NCBI GenBank assembly: GCA_044892505.1
Contig: CM097883.1
Span: forward strand, 119,412,001 to 119,476,000
Length of the DNA stretch: 64,000 nt
Origin: Schmidtea nova
Taxonomy: Eukaryota
Direction: 5' to 3'
Of the stretch, positions 1-13,198 are shown piece after piece. How positions within the stretch are numbered: the stretch's first letter is position 1; the number at the start of each line of letters is the position of its first letter. The notes under the pieces were generated by a model. The model did not search any database. It saw nothing but the letters and a program-made list of their open reading frames with translations, and was not told the DNA's origin. Position numbers and translations under genes: made by a program.

Positions 1-941
1 TCATTTTGTATGTAGTTGTTGTTTGGGTTAGTGTATCGGTTAAAATTAAGTTTTTGCTCTATGGAGTTGTTATGGTTATTTTGGTAACGGTTAAAGTTTG
101 GGTTTTGTTCTATACGGTTGTTTTGATTGCGCTGGTTTTTTTTCGTTACTCTCACTTGTGCCTCTTGTAAATCGTTCTGGAGGTTCTTGTTTTTTATTAA
201 GACCTCATCGACTTTCTTTATTAACGAGTTTAGTAAAAGATTGGTATCGTTGTTAGGGTTATCTCGTTCTTGACGGTTTTCTTGCTTATTTTCCCACGGG
301 TGCTGTTTTCGGTATGTTTTGCAAACTGTTGGGAATATTTCGTCATTTATTTTGTCCGCGATATCGGCTATTTTGTCGAGGTCTCTGCAGTCATTTGAGG
401 CTAAGATGCGTCTTATTTCTTGTGGCATTGCCCTCAACGAATAGGTCTTTCACGAAATCATTTTGACCTGCAATGTGATTTTGGGTTGCAAAATTTTAAT
501 TTGCTCTTCAGATTTCGCAGAAATTTGCTTTGTTTGTCATTTCCAAGCTGTATATCTTTTAAGCAAGACTCCAATACTTCCATCCTGTTCACCTTGTTTC
601 TTTTTAATAAGGTTGTATATAGTAGATTAAATGGGTCGTCGCTTTTCGCTATTTCGTCGATTCGGTCTGCGATTTCATTTAAAATATTGCTAGGTAGGGT
701 GGCTATTATGTGGAAGCATAAGCTTTTTGTCGACTTGATTCCCGAAAATGTCAACGTTAGTTTTGAGAATTCTAGCCATTTTGGGGGGGGTGCCGTTCTC
801 GCCTGTAAAGTAATTTGGAATGTTTGCCTTAGGGTTTATTATTGAGTTTATGCTGTGATAGTTTTCAGGGGTGTAATAATAGTTGGTGTTTTGTTGTTGT
901 GTTTGGGAATTATTGTTTGGGTTTTGTTGGTTCCATGCCAT
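1..941 (-). pseudogene. gag: gag, frameshifted near the G run at ~783-790
   Basis: ORFs 690-941 and 458-754 tile onto the 44485 Gag (MAWNQQN..., LSGIKSTKSLC..., DIQLGNDK). Confidence 0.9.
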
Positions 942-1121
942 TTGTCTTTGTGTATAGTGTTTTTTTGTTTGTTGTGAAAAAAATGAGAGTCGTTAAATGA
1001 TATGGTCTACTGTGTTCGACCAACAGAGACTGTAATCTTTATACCTCTATAGTAGGTATGCTAAAAGATTTCCCGTTTGAAAAACACAAAAATAAATCTC
1101 GATTATGTAATGCTGTTTTTA

Positions 1122-1134
1122 ACTTCTGACACCA
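1122..1134 (-). promoter_or_regulatory. Primer-binding site TGGTGTCAGAAGT (tRNA-Leu CAA-type 3' end)
   Basis: Minus-strand 13-mer 2 nt after the LTR end. Complementary to the recalled tRNA-Leu 3' end ...ACTTCTGACACCA. Confidence 0.85.
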
Positions 1135-1810
1135 GTTATTATGAGTTAGTTTTAGCGGTGTAATATGTGTTTGATGTTTATTAATAAAGAGAATATGTAG
1201 AGCCCAAAAGAGTCTCCCAAAACTTATTGTGGGGACGATTGGGGTGCTTGCTGAGTATTTGCTTGTGAATGAGTTTGAATAAAGAATATGTTTGGATAAA
1301 AAAAAATTAGATACCACAATTAACGATAACAAAATTATAACCAATTTTATAACCAATTTTATTAAAAATAACAGTTTTAAATAAGTTTACTCACAGATAT
1401 AAGTTCTTTCGTTTGATTTTGTAATTGATTTTGTCTTCTTTAAAAATTTTTTTTATAAATTGACTGAAAGGATTTAATTTCAAATTTGTAACGTTCCAAT
1501 TCTATCTGTAATTTTGAGCAATTTTTCTTCACGCAAAAAATAGGTCTTGTCTTCTTTATAAAGTTCTTTTATAAATTGACTGAAAGTATTTAATTTCAAA
1601 TTTGTAACGTTTCAATTCTATCTGTAATTTTGAGCAATTTTTCTTCCACACAAAAATAGGTTTGTTAATATTTCATTTTTATCGATTTTATTTATTTTGT
1701 GATTTGGCTTACTATAGTTATTTACTATAATAAGCCAAATTCAAATTCATAATTTGAATTTTAATAATTATAATTATTTCACTTAAAAATAAAAAATTAA
1801 AATTAACAAC

Positions 1811-3049
1811 TGTAGTGCCTCCGTCATATATATATGTTTATTTATATTTTAACTAATTTTATTATATATTTTAATTACATATACATATCTATATTAAATT
1901 AAAAATATCGACATTTTTCTAGTGTTGTTTAAAAAAGTAAAAGCTTACAGAAATTCAAATTACAATATATACGCACTTTTTTCAGAATGAACACAATTTT
2001 CTTCTTATTTCTAATCAGTGTTATCACAACAGTTTCTGCAGCAATAATGATATTCGATGCAAATGTGTTCGTAATTTACCAAACAATATGGAATTGAAAT
2101 ATTGCCGCTGTCCATTCATGATGCCTGATTTGCATGAAAAATTATTTAAACAGAAGAAACAATTTTATTGGATAATAAATATTTCGATTGGATTTTATTT
2201 CTTTTTTATTTTGTATCGAATTAAGGGAAACACAGAATGGGGTACCAAAACACAGAGCCCCACAATTGGTGTCAGAAGTCACAGTACCAGCGTCTACAGC
2301 ACAAACATCTACAGCTCTAGCATCTACAGCAATAACACCAACATCTACAGCACCAGCATCTACATCAGTAACACCAACATCACCAACATCTACAGCACCA
2401 GCATCAACAATACCAACGTCTACAGCACCAGCATTTACAGCACCAACACCAGCATCACCAATATATACAGCACTAGCATTTACAGCACCAATATCTACAG
2501 CACTAGCATCTACAGCACCAACGTCTACAGCATTAGCAGTTACAACACCAACAGTATCAGCATCTAGAGCACCAAAATCTACAGTACCAAGATCTACAAC
2601 ACCAAAATCTACAACACCAAAATCTACAGCACCAGCATCTACCGCAATAACACAAACAGCACCAACATCTACAGCACTAGCATTTACAGCATCAGCATCT
2701 ACAGCAATAATATCAATAGCACCAACATCTACAGTATCAATATCTACAATACCAGTATCTACAGCACCAACATCTACAGTACCAGCATCCAGCACCAATA
2801 GTACCCCATACGCTCCGCGTACTTGGGTGGGGGCCATTGTAGTGCCTCCGATAATAAATATTTATTATAATATTTAATTATTTATTAAAATAAAATAACT
2901 TGTTTTAATAACAAGTTATTTTGGAGAAGCAGTTTTTCAAAATGCAACATAATGAAGAGTTTTTCAAAATGCAACAAAATGAAGAAGAATTTGTATTTTA
3001 ATAAATATGTATTTTACCTAATTATTGTAGCTTTTTCCATATCGCTACA
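1811..3049 (+). mobile_element. Non-autonomous mini LTR-type element nested in the copy A LTR
   Basis: TGTAG...CTACA termini; 5-bp TSD ACAAC (1806-1810, 3050-3054); PBS at 2267-2279; G-rich PPT at 2825-2833 followed by a second TGTAGTGCCTCCG at 2838. Confidence 0.82.
1987..2877 (+). pseudogene. Secreted mucin-like gene: signal peptide, 4-Cys segment and Pro/Thr/Ser/Ala repeats; one frameshift and a GA-AG intron-like gap
   Basis: MNTIFFLFLISVITTVSA at 1987; DIRCKC..YCRC in a shifted frame; removing 2171-2225 joins it in phase to the STAPA repeats (15-nt unit, ~2280-2800). Confidence 0.6.
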
Positions 3050-3151
3050 ACAACAAAAGGGGGGGGGGACATAACCACCCAAAATCGTGAACATTAAAAA
3101 GGGTATGGCGATGGTTTGGTCTAATAATTATTATAATTTCAGTACATTAAA

Positions 3152-3742
3152 ATGAAAAGAAATACGTCAACGTCGATGAAAGGCAACTGTCGTCGGAACA
3201 GTAAATTTATCGGCTCAGGGTCGCAGCCAACACCATCGGTTCCCGACATTATTCAAACCAAGACCAACAGATATGTCCGTCACTGGAAGAGAGAATTTCC
3301 CAACTCCGAGCCTAATTATGCCGCGGAACAATTTGAAATTAACGTCAGGTGGGTAGAAGACCCATTCTGGCCACTCCGATACTCAGCTTCGCGAATTCAC
3401 ACACGGCAATGGTTTATCGAATTCTTCGATCGAGAGGGCTTACCTAGGTGGATATTGCTATTCGTACCAATTCCAGGCTGGGTTCTGCAACAAGTGGGCT
3501 ACGTGCTATTGGACAGACCACGTGATATTGTTACGGGAGAAATGAGGCCCTATCAAAATCTGTCGTGGGATTTCAAGGAGGAGTGGAAAGATGAAGTACC
3601 ATGGGCTGCGGCAGTCCAATTCCGAGAAGTGTTCATCTATAATGACAAGCTATGCTGCAAACCCAACCCAGAGTTTTATTTCCAACTGGAATCCGGAAAG
3701 AGGACAGTCCCTGTAATCAGGACTGGATCGACATGGAAGTGA
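3152..3742 (+). CDS. Unknown Trp/aromatic-rich protein, 196 aa (ORF-A of the unclassified repeat)
   Basis: Intact intronless ATG-stop ORF, GC-richer than its flanks. Weak degenerate homologue at 55893-56114 (-). Confidence 0.55.
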   Translation: MKRNTSTSMKGNCRRNSKFIGSGSQPTPSVPDIIQTKTNRYVRHWKREFPNSEPNYAAEQFEINVRWVEDPFWPLRYSASRIHTRQWFIEFFDREGLPRWILLFVPIPGWVLQQVGYVLLDRPRDIVTGEMRPYQNLSWDFKEEWKDEVPWAAAVQFREVFIYNDKLCCKPNPEFYFQLESGKRTVPVIRTGSTWK

Positions 3743-3957
3743 TCTGATTCGAACTTATGTGTTATGAAATTTTGAAAATAAACTAGCTGTGGTGTTTGAT
3801 TCCGTCTTAACTTGATGCTGTATATCTGAATTTGAATGCGTTTTGAAGAATGTAACCATGAAAGTTTGATTTAGTATCCACCCGGTAGTAGTGAATTCCC
3901 GATTGATTCATAGACGATTTAGAATAATCTGGTTGTAATCCAATTTTAAATTTGTAG

Positions 3958-4374
3958 ATGGATAAACTAAAGCAATACGTAAATATCGATGAAACTCGAC
4001 AACTGTGTAGACGCGCTCACCTCTTAGAAGGAAAGATTTACCGTCAAACGTTAGAGATCGACGAACTGAAAAGGGCCTGGTTTAGCCCCGAAAAGATGAA
4101 AGAAGTGTACAAGAGCCGAGATAGAGCCGAGAGAGCCTTAGAGAAACAGGCCAGAGAGACAGCTGTAGCCAAATTGGAGCTAAACCGTTGCTTGCGAGCA
4201 GTGACGAAGGAGTTTGTAGAGCAGCATTTAAAACACCAGATTCGAGGAAGTTTTTTTGATCGATGGGTCCAGCCGAGTAACATGGACATGGAAACTCAAA
4301 CAGAGGATAATACACCCCAATCGAAGGCGAACGACATACCGGCACAGCAGACGGCCGAGACGGCAACCCTATAA
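3958..4374 (+). CDS. Unknown coiled-coil protein, 138 aa (ORF-B)
   Basis: Intact ORF, E/K/R-rich and helical. The SPEKMKEVY motif is echoed in degenerate sequence at ~55370-55690 (-). Confidence 0.5.
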   Translation: MDKLKQYVNIDETRQLCRRAHLLEGKIYRQTLEIDELKRAWFSPEKMKEVYKSRDRAERALEKQARETAVAKLELNRCLRAVTKEFVEQHLKHQIRGSFFDRWVQPSNMDMETQTEDNTPQSKANDIPAQQTAETATL

Positions 4375-4651
4375 GCGAAAACAAAGAAGAGAAACAGATT
4401 AGATGCCAAGTGACGCCGGGAAAGGAGAGCGTTCACAGAAAAGTTAGGCATTGAAGTGGATTTGTTGAGCAGCTTGACCGAGAAGCAGCTCGTTAATGTC
4501 ATAAATACAAACATTTTTCTAGCGTGAATATAAGTATTACAAAATGGTGATTTGTTTGATTGTGAAGGGATGATGACATAAATTTACGAATGGGGAATGA
4601 TGTAATAATAACAAATATAAATAATATGGGACCGAAATAAATCCACACAGG

Positions 4652-4810
4652 TCTTCTATCGACAGTGGTGGACCCGTAGCTTTAATAGGGGAATAGTAGT
4701 CACTCAGACTGCTCACCTGCCCTATTAAACTACAACGCTGGGTGCAGTACCAACATGATGCGTAATTAGGGGCGAGTCATGGGCACCATCGGGGAGAGAT
4801 ATTTTTATAT
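4652..4810 (+). repeat. Conserved ~160-nt block, copy 1 of 3
   Basis: Islands CTTCTAT, ACCCG, GCTCAC and CAGTACCAA recur with the same spacing at 40966 (+) and 54948 (-). Confidence 0.8.
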
Positions 4811-6345
4811 TGATGGGATTACCCTAATATTTAAATCAAATAGAATCCCATGTTTAACACCAACCAACAATCCAATATAACTATTAAAAATTTATTTTTA
4901 TCAATTACTGAGCAAGAAAATTATTTTTTTACCCAAAAATAGCCGATTTAATCTGTATAGATTTTAAGTTAAAAGATGGTCATCTTACGTAATACTGCTA
5001 TTATTAAATAGTTAAAATATTGTTTCTAAAATTTCAATAAAATATCAGTACGTGATCCACAAATTCTAAATCTTGCCCTGGGTAAAAATATTGCATTCGC
5101 ATAAATACCTTAATAATTTCCTCATTTTGACTAATACGATTCACAGAAATATTATTAAATATTATGAAATTAAATAATATTTAACATTTTTATTACTGAA
5201 AAAAATCTTATTTTTCATTTAATTTTAAAATATATTTAGCCTATTTAATTGGTTAACTAAATTATGAAATTCATATTTTTAATTATTAAGACTGAAAAAA
5301 GAAAATATAAAATATTTTTCATCTATTGTCTTAAAAATTCAAAATTTATAAATATGAAAAAGGGTCAAATGTGACGTAAATTAATGTTGTTAAAAATAAT
5401 TAAATTACTTAATGAAGAAATTGTGTTTAACCTGTTTCAAATTAACCATCTCAATAGTATTACTTATGTTGACAACCATTTATTACAATTACAATATATG
5501 TACCAACAAATACTCGTTAAATTTCAATGTGAATAAACTATAGAATAAATCCAATCCTACACACCGAATTTAGTAAATAATTAGTTTTAAACAATTGCAT
5601 AATTGAAAAATCAACTGTTGAATTATCCATCAAGCTTTGACCTTTGAACACAAAGCATTATTTAATGGCCTATGATAATATTCGGTCAAAATTATGTTGT
5701 TGGTGTGCATTTTCATATTCTTATTTTGTTGGAAATTGATTTATCCATATGGCATTAAAAAGAAAATCAGCGCAACACACAATCCACCACTCAAAATGAG
5801 GGCAGCGCGCATTAGACATACATGCAGCAACATTCATCCAGACAAAGAATATTATTTATAACAATACATTAACTTTTTTAACTAATTGGTAATCGAATTA
5901 TACCATAGTAACCAGTTAAATAAAAATTATATAAATATTATAAAATAAAATAAAATTTTATTATTGAAGTACTTACGAGTCAGTTAATTTACAACATAAA
6001 AATCCAAGAAAATTAATTGTGTTTACATTTTATCAATCACCACCCCCGAAGAATAGTAGCATCAATAGGGTTGATCAAAAAATGATTTTTATTTGATCCT
6101 CAGTAAATAAAATTAATTAAAATACGATCAAGTCAGTCAGCAAAAGTTTTCCACTTCTATTTTTAACAGTTTTTTAAAGAGAAAAATAAATAAAAAATAA
6201 CTTGATATTTTGATTTTATATTTTATGAGACGTGATGATATATTTATGGGGAAATTTTAAAATATTAATCTGGCAACAGTGGAAAGTTTTAGAAGTGCCG
6301 CGATAAAAATTTAATTCAATATAAATTTACATAAGTGATGCAAAT

Positions 6346-7164
6346 TGTTGGGTTTTATTTTAAGTCGGTATAAATATCACTGCTCGTGCTCCTTTTATAA
6401 ACTCACCCAACACAATAACTTTTATTAAATTTCAAGAAAAAATTTCAATTGTCAATAACACATTTTAACAAATTTTAACAGTAATGGAACTTCTTCCCCT
6501 TTCTGGTACGCGATAATTGATTTGATTTGTGTGAAAATCTTTATCTGAAATACTACTAACATTTTGGATAACTCTAAAAATTTGTCTTCGACCAACTGGG
6601 AGCAATAGCGACTTCAGTTCCTCTTTTTATATTGTTTTTCAAATTCAATAAAATTTCCTGTTCTGATTGAATTATTGGTTAGCGTCTCTCGATCAATTTG
6701 CCTAAAAAACCAATTATATCATTTTAGGTTCGGGTTTTCCAATTTTTCCACGTGTTTCCGGATAATTAATTTGTACGAGGTAATTAGTTTATCTGTTTTT
6801 CACCCGGGCTTCCTCTACCTCACCCACTTTTCCCTGGTAATTAGATAATTTTGTTGATTACTCAGGTTTTTCATACCGCTCAGATTTTCCATTAGGTAAT
6901 TACTTTCTTTAATTAATTTATTTTTTCTTAATACTTTTGTCTCTGGACCCCTTTTTGATTATATATTACCATATTTGAATTTGTCTCATCATTTGACATC
7001 CTCCTATACCAGTTTCCCCCGTTAAATCTTTATTTTTATTTTATAAATTTTTAATTAATTTTCATACTTTAATTATTACTTTGTAATTTTCGTGTTTTTA
7101 TTAATTTGCACATAATTTTTGTACTTTTCATTTTATTTCGATCTTATTTAGACAATTCCCACCA
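6346..7164 (+). mobile_element. Solo LTR, family 3
   Basis: TGTTGGG...CCCACCA termini; AAAT on both sides; core similar to 8459-9239 and 28038-28960 (TTTGTC..ATTTG..ATACCAGTTTCCC). Confidence 0.7.
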
Positions 7165-8458
7165 AAATGTTAAGGTGCGATAAGGAATCGTCAATGAAAA
7201 AATTTTAAGAAGCTCTGAATTATTTTTATCAAATTTTAGCAGTAGCTTTTAAAAATATTACTTTTATATTTTTCTCGTTTCTATTCGCCTTCTAATATTC
7301 ATTTTGGCATCCCAATAAAATTAATTAAAAATATAAATGAAAAATAAAACTTTTAATTTAATAAATTATAATTAAACGTAACAGTTAAAATAACGCTTTA
7401 AAAAGGCAACTTAGAAAACGTGTTTATAAAATGAAAATATTTTAATTTATAGCCTTAATGAAGGAAAATTAACGAAATTTATTTGAAAAATTTTTACTAT
7501 ACTCGAATGAACGACTGTAATTGTATTGTTTCAAAATAATGTTTAATAAACAAAATTAACTTCTTGTTTCTTTTTGATTGGAATACCTTCAAAGGTAGAT
7601 GTAAAATCCAACATAGAAAGTTAAAGGCATACCCACAGAGTAGGGTCAGTCGAATTTACTTTCGGATGGCGCACTATACCTACGCCGTACTCGAAGAGTG
7701 ATACGCTCCGAAAAAATGTGTTATTAGTGGACTTAAATTTTTCTGACGAACCAACAAGTATTTTTTCTGTGAAAATTCAACTTTGTTTGGAAATAATCAC
7801 TAACCAGATGCAAATTGAAAATAAATAACAATTTTTAACGAAAATATGATATAAATTGTTTTCTCAAAAAATGCACCTAAGGCACGCGAACACACATAAA
7901 TATGCTAAAACATAAAATCAGTAATAACTTGATTAATTTGTTATGAGAAACTGAAGTTGGGTGAATAATTGAAAAAACAAACAGAGAAATTGAAAAACAA
8001 TTATTATGGCACCAAGATTTATGGGCGCAAGTCAAAATGATTATTGCAAGGAAAACGGATCAGAACGTAAATAAAAATTATTATTATTTTTTAAAAAATT
8101 TGCAAGCCGTAAAGAAAAGATTGCACATGGAACGTCAAAGATATATGATTTGGTTCTAAAGTCATTAATTAAATGGATTATTTTACTATATGAAGAGTCA
8201 AAATAGTAAACAATTGGCATTTTGACTCAGGTAGTGAAGAAAACGTGAGTAGGTTAAGAATTATTATTAAATTTTTTCAAAACAAATTAGGTGAAAACCA
8301 AAGGAAAAAGTTAATCCAAGAGAAAATAAGAATATTTAGAAAGTTTGTTAATTGTTGTAAACAGCACTGTCCACAGTGAAGCTCCAGAGTGTAATTAGTA
8401 CATAGTTGTCTGTGGGTGTCGTTAACGTAAGAGCATTTAAAATAATTGAAATTAATAT

Positions 8459-9239
8459 TGTTGGGTTATTATTTAATAAGTCGGTTATCTCTGACTCCTC
8501 TTGTCCTTCATTTAAAAATCAAATAAGCGAAACCCGACACAGGAAAAGTTTATTGAATTTCCAAAAACAAATAATAAATTGTCACTTTATTTGCACTTCT
8601 TTTTCGGCAACAAGGTTTTGACATAAGGCAGGTAACCCAAAGGGAAAACATCTTATGCATGTCAATATAGTTAGTATTTTACACACAACTTTGTTTCTCT
8701 TCTAAATTTACCAACCCCTAGCTCGTTGTAATTCTATTGTTGAATCTCAGTCTCTGTTACCAGTTTTGATGTGTCATTGTCTTTCAGCAGCTCTCCTTTT
8801 TATACGATTGCTGTCAAAATATTTTAATTGCTGTTTGACAATTATTTTCGTAATTCCGGAGTAATTGCTTTCCAAAAAAGCAATTTGCTCGGGTTTGTTC
8901 TTGGGGTAATTTACTCTAAAAAATGAATTATTTTATTGATTACCCAGGCTTTACATGAATTCCGGCTCTCTATATATCTCGGGTTTTTTCCATTAGGAGA
9001 TTAAATAATTTGATTTTTATTATAACTTTCTCTTGACATCCCTGACTAAATTTTTATTATTATATTTTGGTTTGTCTCTAAATTTGGCGTTGAACCATAC
9101 CAGTTTCCCTCGGAAAACATTAATTTTTAATTTTACTAAACTTTTAATTAATTTTTGTATTTAACTTATTTTTGATGTTTTTATTGACGTTTTTGGTTTT
9201 CCTCACGTTTATTTCCATCATTTTATATTAACCCCAAAA
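8459..9239 (+). mobile_element. Solo LTR, family 3
   Basis: TGTTGGG start, degenerate AACCCCAAAA end, colinear similarity to the other two copies. TSD not recovered. Confidence 0.65.
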
Positions 9240-9399
9240 ATGCATATTTTGTCACGTGAATTTTTGAATTAGGATGTAAACGATGAAAGCTAGCGTTTCA
9301 AATGAAACGAAACATTTATTTGGAATATTGCAGGCTATATACATTTTTTTATCCTCATCAACATACCACTGGTCACTAAATAATAATGGATTTACCAAA

Positions 9400-10260
9400 C
9401 TTGATCGCTACACCCCTATCTGATAAAAGATTAAAAAATCTGATTGAAAGGCATTAGTTCACTTCAATATAACCTCAGAGAAATTTGCATAATTTACTAG
9501 ACATCAGGCAACTTCATTCATATTGAAGATAAAATCTTAAATAATTAATGCTGCTACCAAGAAACCGCCACTGAAGATACAAATCGTTTAGATTTATTTG
9601 CATGATTGTAATATAACATAATATTTTGTCCCGGGTGAATGTAGTAAGCAAAACTTTGATTGAATCTCTAAATAAATCTAATTGAATACTTGAAATGTAT
9701 CAGAAATGAAGTGGGATTTAAAAAAGTTTTTTGAGTGATGCTAAGAAATTGGCAGAATATTTTGACGTAGAACTAGGATTTTCCCCATTTCCCGCTGCCC
9801 GACTATGCAAGAAAAACGTAAATTTCGAAAATGATCATAGGGATGAAACAGTTCAAAGATTCCGAACTTGGTTTAATATAAATGTGCATTTCTCTGTTCT
9901 GGATACCATCTTTTGCTGGATATGTGAAAGATTTGAGCTTTTGAAAATGCACAAGGTGTACTTCAGTTTTCTGTATGACAAACACGACTTATCTGGAAAG
10001 AATATAAAATGAAAAGAATTATAATAAAAGAAGTTTCTAATAAAGTTATGAAAACATTTAGAAAAAAAACTAACTGATAGTGCTAAATAAAAAAAAGTGA
10101 TATTTGTACAGTGGATTTAGTCGAGGAATTAGAATCAATTAAAAATTTTCTGAAACCAAGATATACTCTTCTTCAGGCTTTGGACTTGCCTTATATGATA
10201 TTGTACAATAGTTTTCAATTATGAAATCTCAAAGTAAATTTATTTTATTAAAAGTTATTC
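9400..10260 (+). pseudogene. hAT (ZMYM1-like) transposase relic
   Basis: YNILSRVNVVSKTL; AKKLAE...F..VLDTI...ERFELLK..YFSFLYD; many stops. Confidence 0.7.
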
Positions 10261-11181
10261 TGTCAATTTTCACTGTCTCCATTCTCTTAAACTGTTTTCA
10301 TTATTGTTACGTCACGATTATTATTAAAAATACAGTTCTTATTGTGAAACATTGTAATATCAAGTATATGACATGATTATAAAAATATATTATATATTAG
10401 TAGTTAGGGCTTAAAAGTATTAGATTATTACATAAGTATGTTGGTATGTCGTGTGTTTTGTTTTTTTCATACCATTAATTATTTATATACTCCTCAAAAA
10501 GAGTTTCTCAGTTTTTAATGATAAATAAATCGTTGATGACTCAAAATAGTTCTGCAAACACTTATAAAGATCTGTGATAATGATACTCGAAATTTAAGTG
10601 AACAATTAACTCATAATGACAATTTACTATGTCAGTATACGGAATATGCGTTTAGTGATATTTAATAACAATTTTAAGTTGGGAAAGGAAGATACAAATC
10701 ACTGGTTTTTCAAATTCATTTACAATAATTTATACTTGCAAATTGGAAAATATATAAATTTGTTACTTGATCATAAGGTCGACAAAAATGTTTGCACCTT
10801 GCTAAGAAATAAGCTAGGCTTATTAAAAGTATTAATAAAAACTTAAAAAACAAATAAATTATATAATTAATCTCAATCTCTTAAAATAAAAGAGATAAAT
10901 AAATTTGTGACAGGATAAGAGAATATAAAATAATTCAAGAGGTATGTGAAGGGGAAGGCATTAAATTAACGTTTTAAATTAATATATTAAATTAATTAAT
11001 TAAACACTTGAATTCAAACATGAATTATCACATGGTTAATTAATTAAAAAGTAAATAGCGAAAAATATTCTAAAATATAAAATTGAAAGTTTGACTTTGA
11101 CTATGTCCTTAATAGGATATTGCAGAGCAATTAAAATTTGATTTGACGTTCAGGATGACTAAATAAAGTGATTAGTTATAT

Positions 11182-11616
11182 CAGTGGTTCTCAACTAATT
11201 TAAAAGCGCGGAACACCATTCACATGATTTATTTTTACGTGGAACACTGACAAAAAAATACTTAAAAAAATTCACAAACGAACATATTATTTCATTTTTG
11301 AATAATGAAACGACTTTTGAACCATCCTCTATTAATAAATGGTCTTGAAAATATTAAATATAAACGCACATTACCAAAAAAACAAATTTATTCAATAAAG
11401 AAATACTTACACGCGCAACAATAACAAGCAATAAAAATACCTTTATCTTTGTATGTTTATATATCTGTGTAACGGGTTTCTTATTGAATCATCTTATAAA
11501 AAAATTAATTGAGGTTTTTGATGATATGTATCTTAAATGCAAATTTAAAGATAAAATGTAGATTTTTTTGCGGAACACTGAAAACGGATTCGCAGAACAC
11601 GGATTGAGAACCACTG
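11182..11616. mobile_element. hAT-type MITE, 435 bp
   Basis: Perfect 13-bp TIR CAGTGGTTCTCAA; perfect 8-bp TSD AGTTATAT; subterminal GCGGAACAC-like repeats. Confidence 0.95.
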
Positions 11617-11928
11617 AGTTATATTATCGCGATGAGTCGTATCCAAGGTTGTTTGGACCTTATGGTCTGCCTATCTAATTGAACAAGATATATGCAATGT
11701 ATTAAATGAGAAGACTTGAAAATTGAATTAATTAATTTTGTAAAAACATTTCCGTTTTATAATCCCAAATCAAAATCAGGTACTCTAGCAACTATTATAT
11801 AAAAAATATATTTAAAAAAGAATTTTATGATAAGAAGTTTTTAGTTAAGGGCTTGGAAATAGTGAGATGCGAAAAATTATCTCAATTATGAAAGATGATG
11901 AGAAAAGAAATGAGCTATAGTAAAAATA

Positions 11929-13198
11929 CACGGTGTGCTCAATAAAAATTGAGACTTTTATAGAAGTAAATGAATGAAATAAACCAAATTGTGAAAATAA
12001 ATATTCAGTTGTGTATATAGGCAAATATACTTGTATTCCTTTTAATTAGTTATTACTTAATTAAGAAATTTTAGCACTTATTTTACAATGTGCATAGAAA
12101 GCGTGCAATTTCGCAGAGTCATTCGTTTTCTCTTTATGAATGGCAAGAGTAGAGCAGTAGTCAATGCAGAGCTGAATGCTGTCTTTGGTGGTGAGTCCCA
12201 ATCAAAAGCAACATTTACCGTTGGCGCAATTACTTCTAGAGAGGTAGAACCTCGGTTTATGACGAAGAAAAGCCAAGAAGCCCTTTTGAAATAAAAGAAA
12301 AAATAATTTAAGACCTGAGAAAATCGTTCAAACCGAGAGGAAAATTACAACCAGGGAGCTGAATGTGAGTAAAGACACTATTTATATCTTTATCAGTTAA
12401 AGTAGTATAAGAAAATTATGCTCTCGCTTTGTGCTACATTTTTTAACAGTGGAAATACAAAATCGACGTCTGTAGCGATGCGAAGAGAACCTTCAAATTT
12501 TGGACGATGTAGATGAGTTTTTTGGATAATATTATTATAATCGACGAGGCACCACTTTCAATATATGTCCTACAGTCTAAACGGGAATCTGAAGACTGTA
12601 AACTGCCTGGAGAGGTCTGTTCTAAGACGATGAGGTCATCAAATCTCAGCAAAAGACGCTTATGTTGACTGTTTTTGGGATGCCAATGGCACTATTCTGA
12701 CTGATTTTGCGAAAAGTGGAGTTTGAATTAAGAGCTCCTACAGCTTCTAACTTGTGCAAGAAACAAGGAAGTTTCGAAGGAAGATCAGGATATAGTAGTT
12801 CTACTACTTACATGATAACGCTCCCATTCCACAAGTGCAGTTTCAATGAGCACAATTGAGAGTTTTAGACTTAACTTGCTTCCCAATTCTAACTACAGCC
12901 TGGATTTGGCTCCATCGGACTTTTATTTTTTTAATCACATCAAGAAATTCTTGCGAAGCCAGTAGTTTGTCACAAAAGTCAATTTAAAAGATGTAGTGAC
13001 GTATCTTATGTGCGAAAAATCTCAGAATTTCTTCAAAATCGACTTTTAAATCCTGATTACGCACTGGAAAAAATGTGCTATGCAAATGAAATTTATTTTG
13101 AGAAATAATCTCTACATGACTTGTTTATTGTAAATACGAAAGATATTTGCGTTTATTTATTCATTTCTATACGAGTCTCACTACTCAATGAGATCCTA
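11929..13198 (+). mobile_element. Degenerate mariner (Tc1/mariner) element
   Basis: HTH region RRVIRFLFMNGKS; LHDNAP; YSLDLAPSDFYFF (YSPDLAPSD motif); TA flanks; partial TIR sharing GAGACT/AGTCTC. Confidence 0.88.

Larger units (their letters stand above)
1..3100 (-). mobile_element. Ty3/gypsy family 1, copy A: 5' LTR, PBS and gag; continues off the left edge
   Basis: Reverse complement closely matches gag of copy D (44485+). PBS at 1122-1134. LTR pieces match the LTR at 38713-39379. Confidence 0.93.
1137..3100 (-). repeat. 5' LTR of copy A (~720 bp), split by the 1811-3049 insertion; contains a ~116-bp tandem duplication (1455-1665) and a palindrome (1702-1740)
   Basis: 1137-1810 plus 3055-3100 rejoin to match the start (aatgttcacgatttt..ggttatg) and body (caataagttttgggagactcttttggg) of the 38713 LTR. 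Confidence 0.85.

Noticed and set aside
2142-2837. Antisense AVDAG-repeat ORF (231 aa) and the alternative STNIY frame
   Set aside because: Expected shadows of a stop-free 15-nt repeat. The signal peptide, splice phase and PBS/PPT all favour the plus-strand PTS frame.
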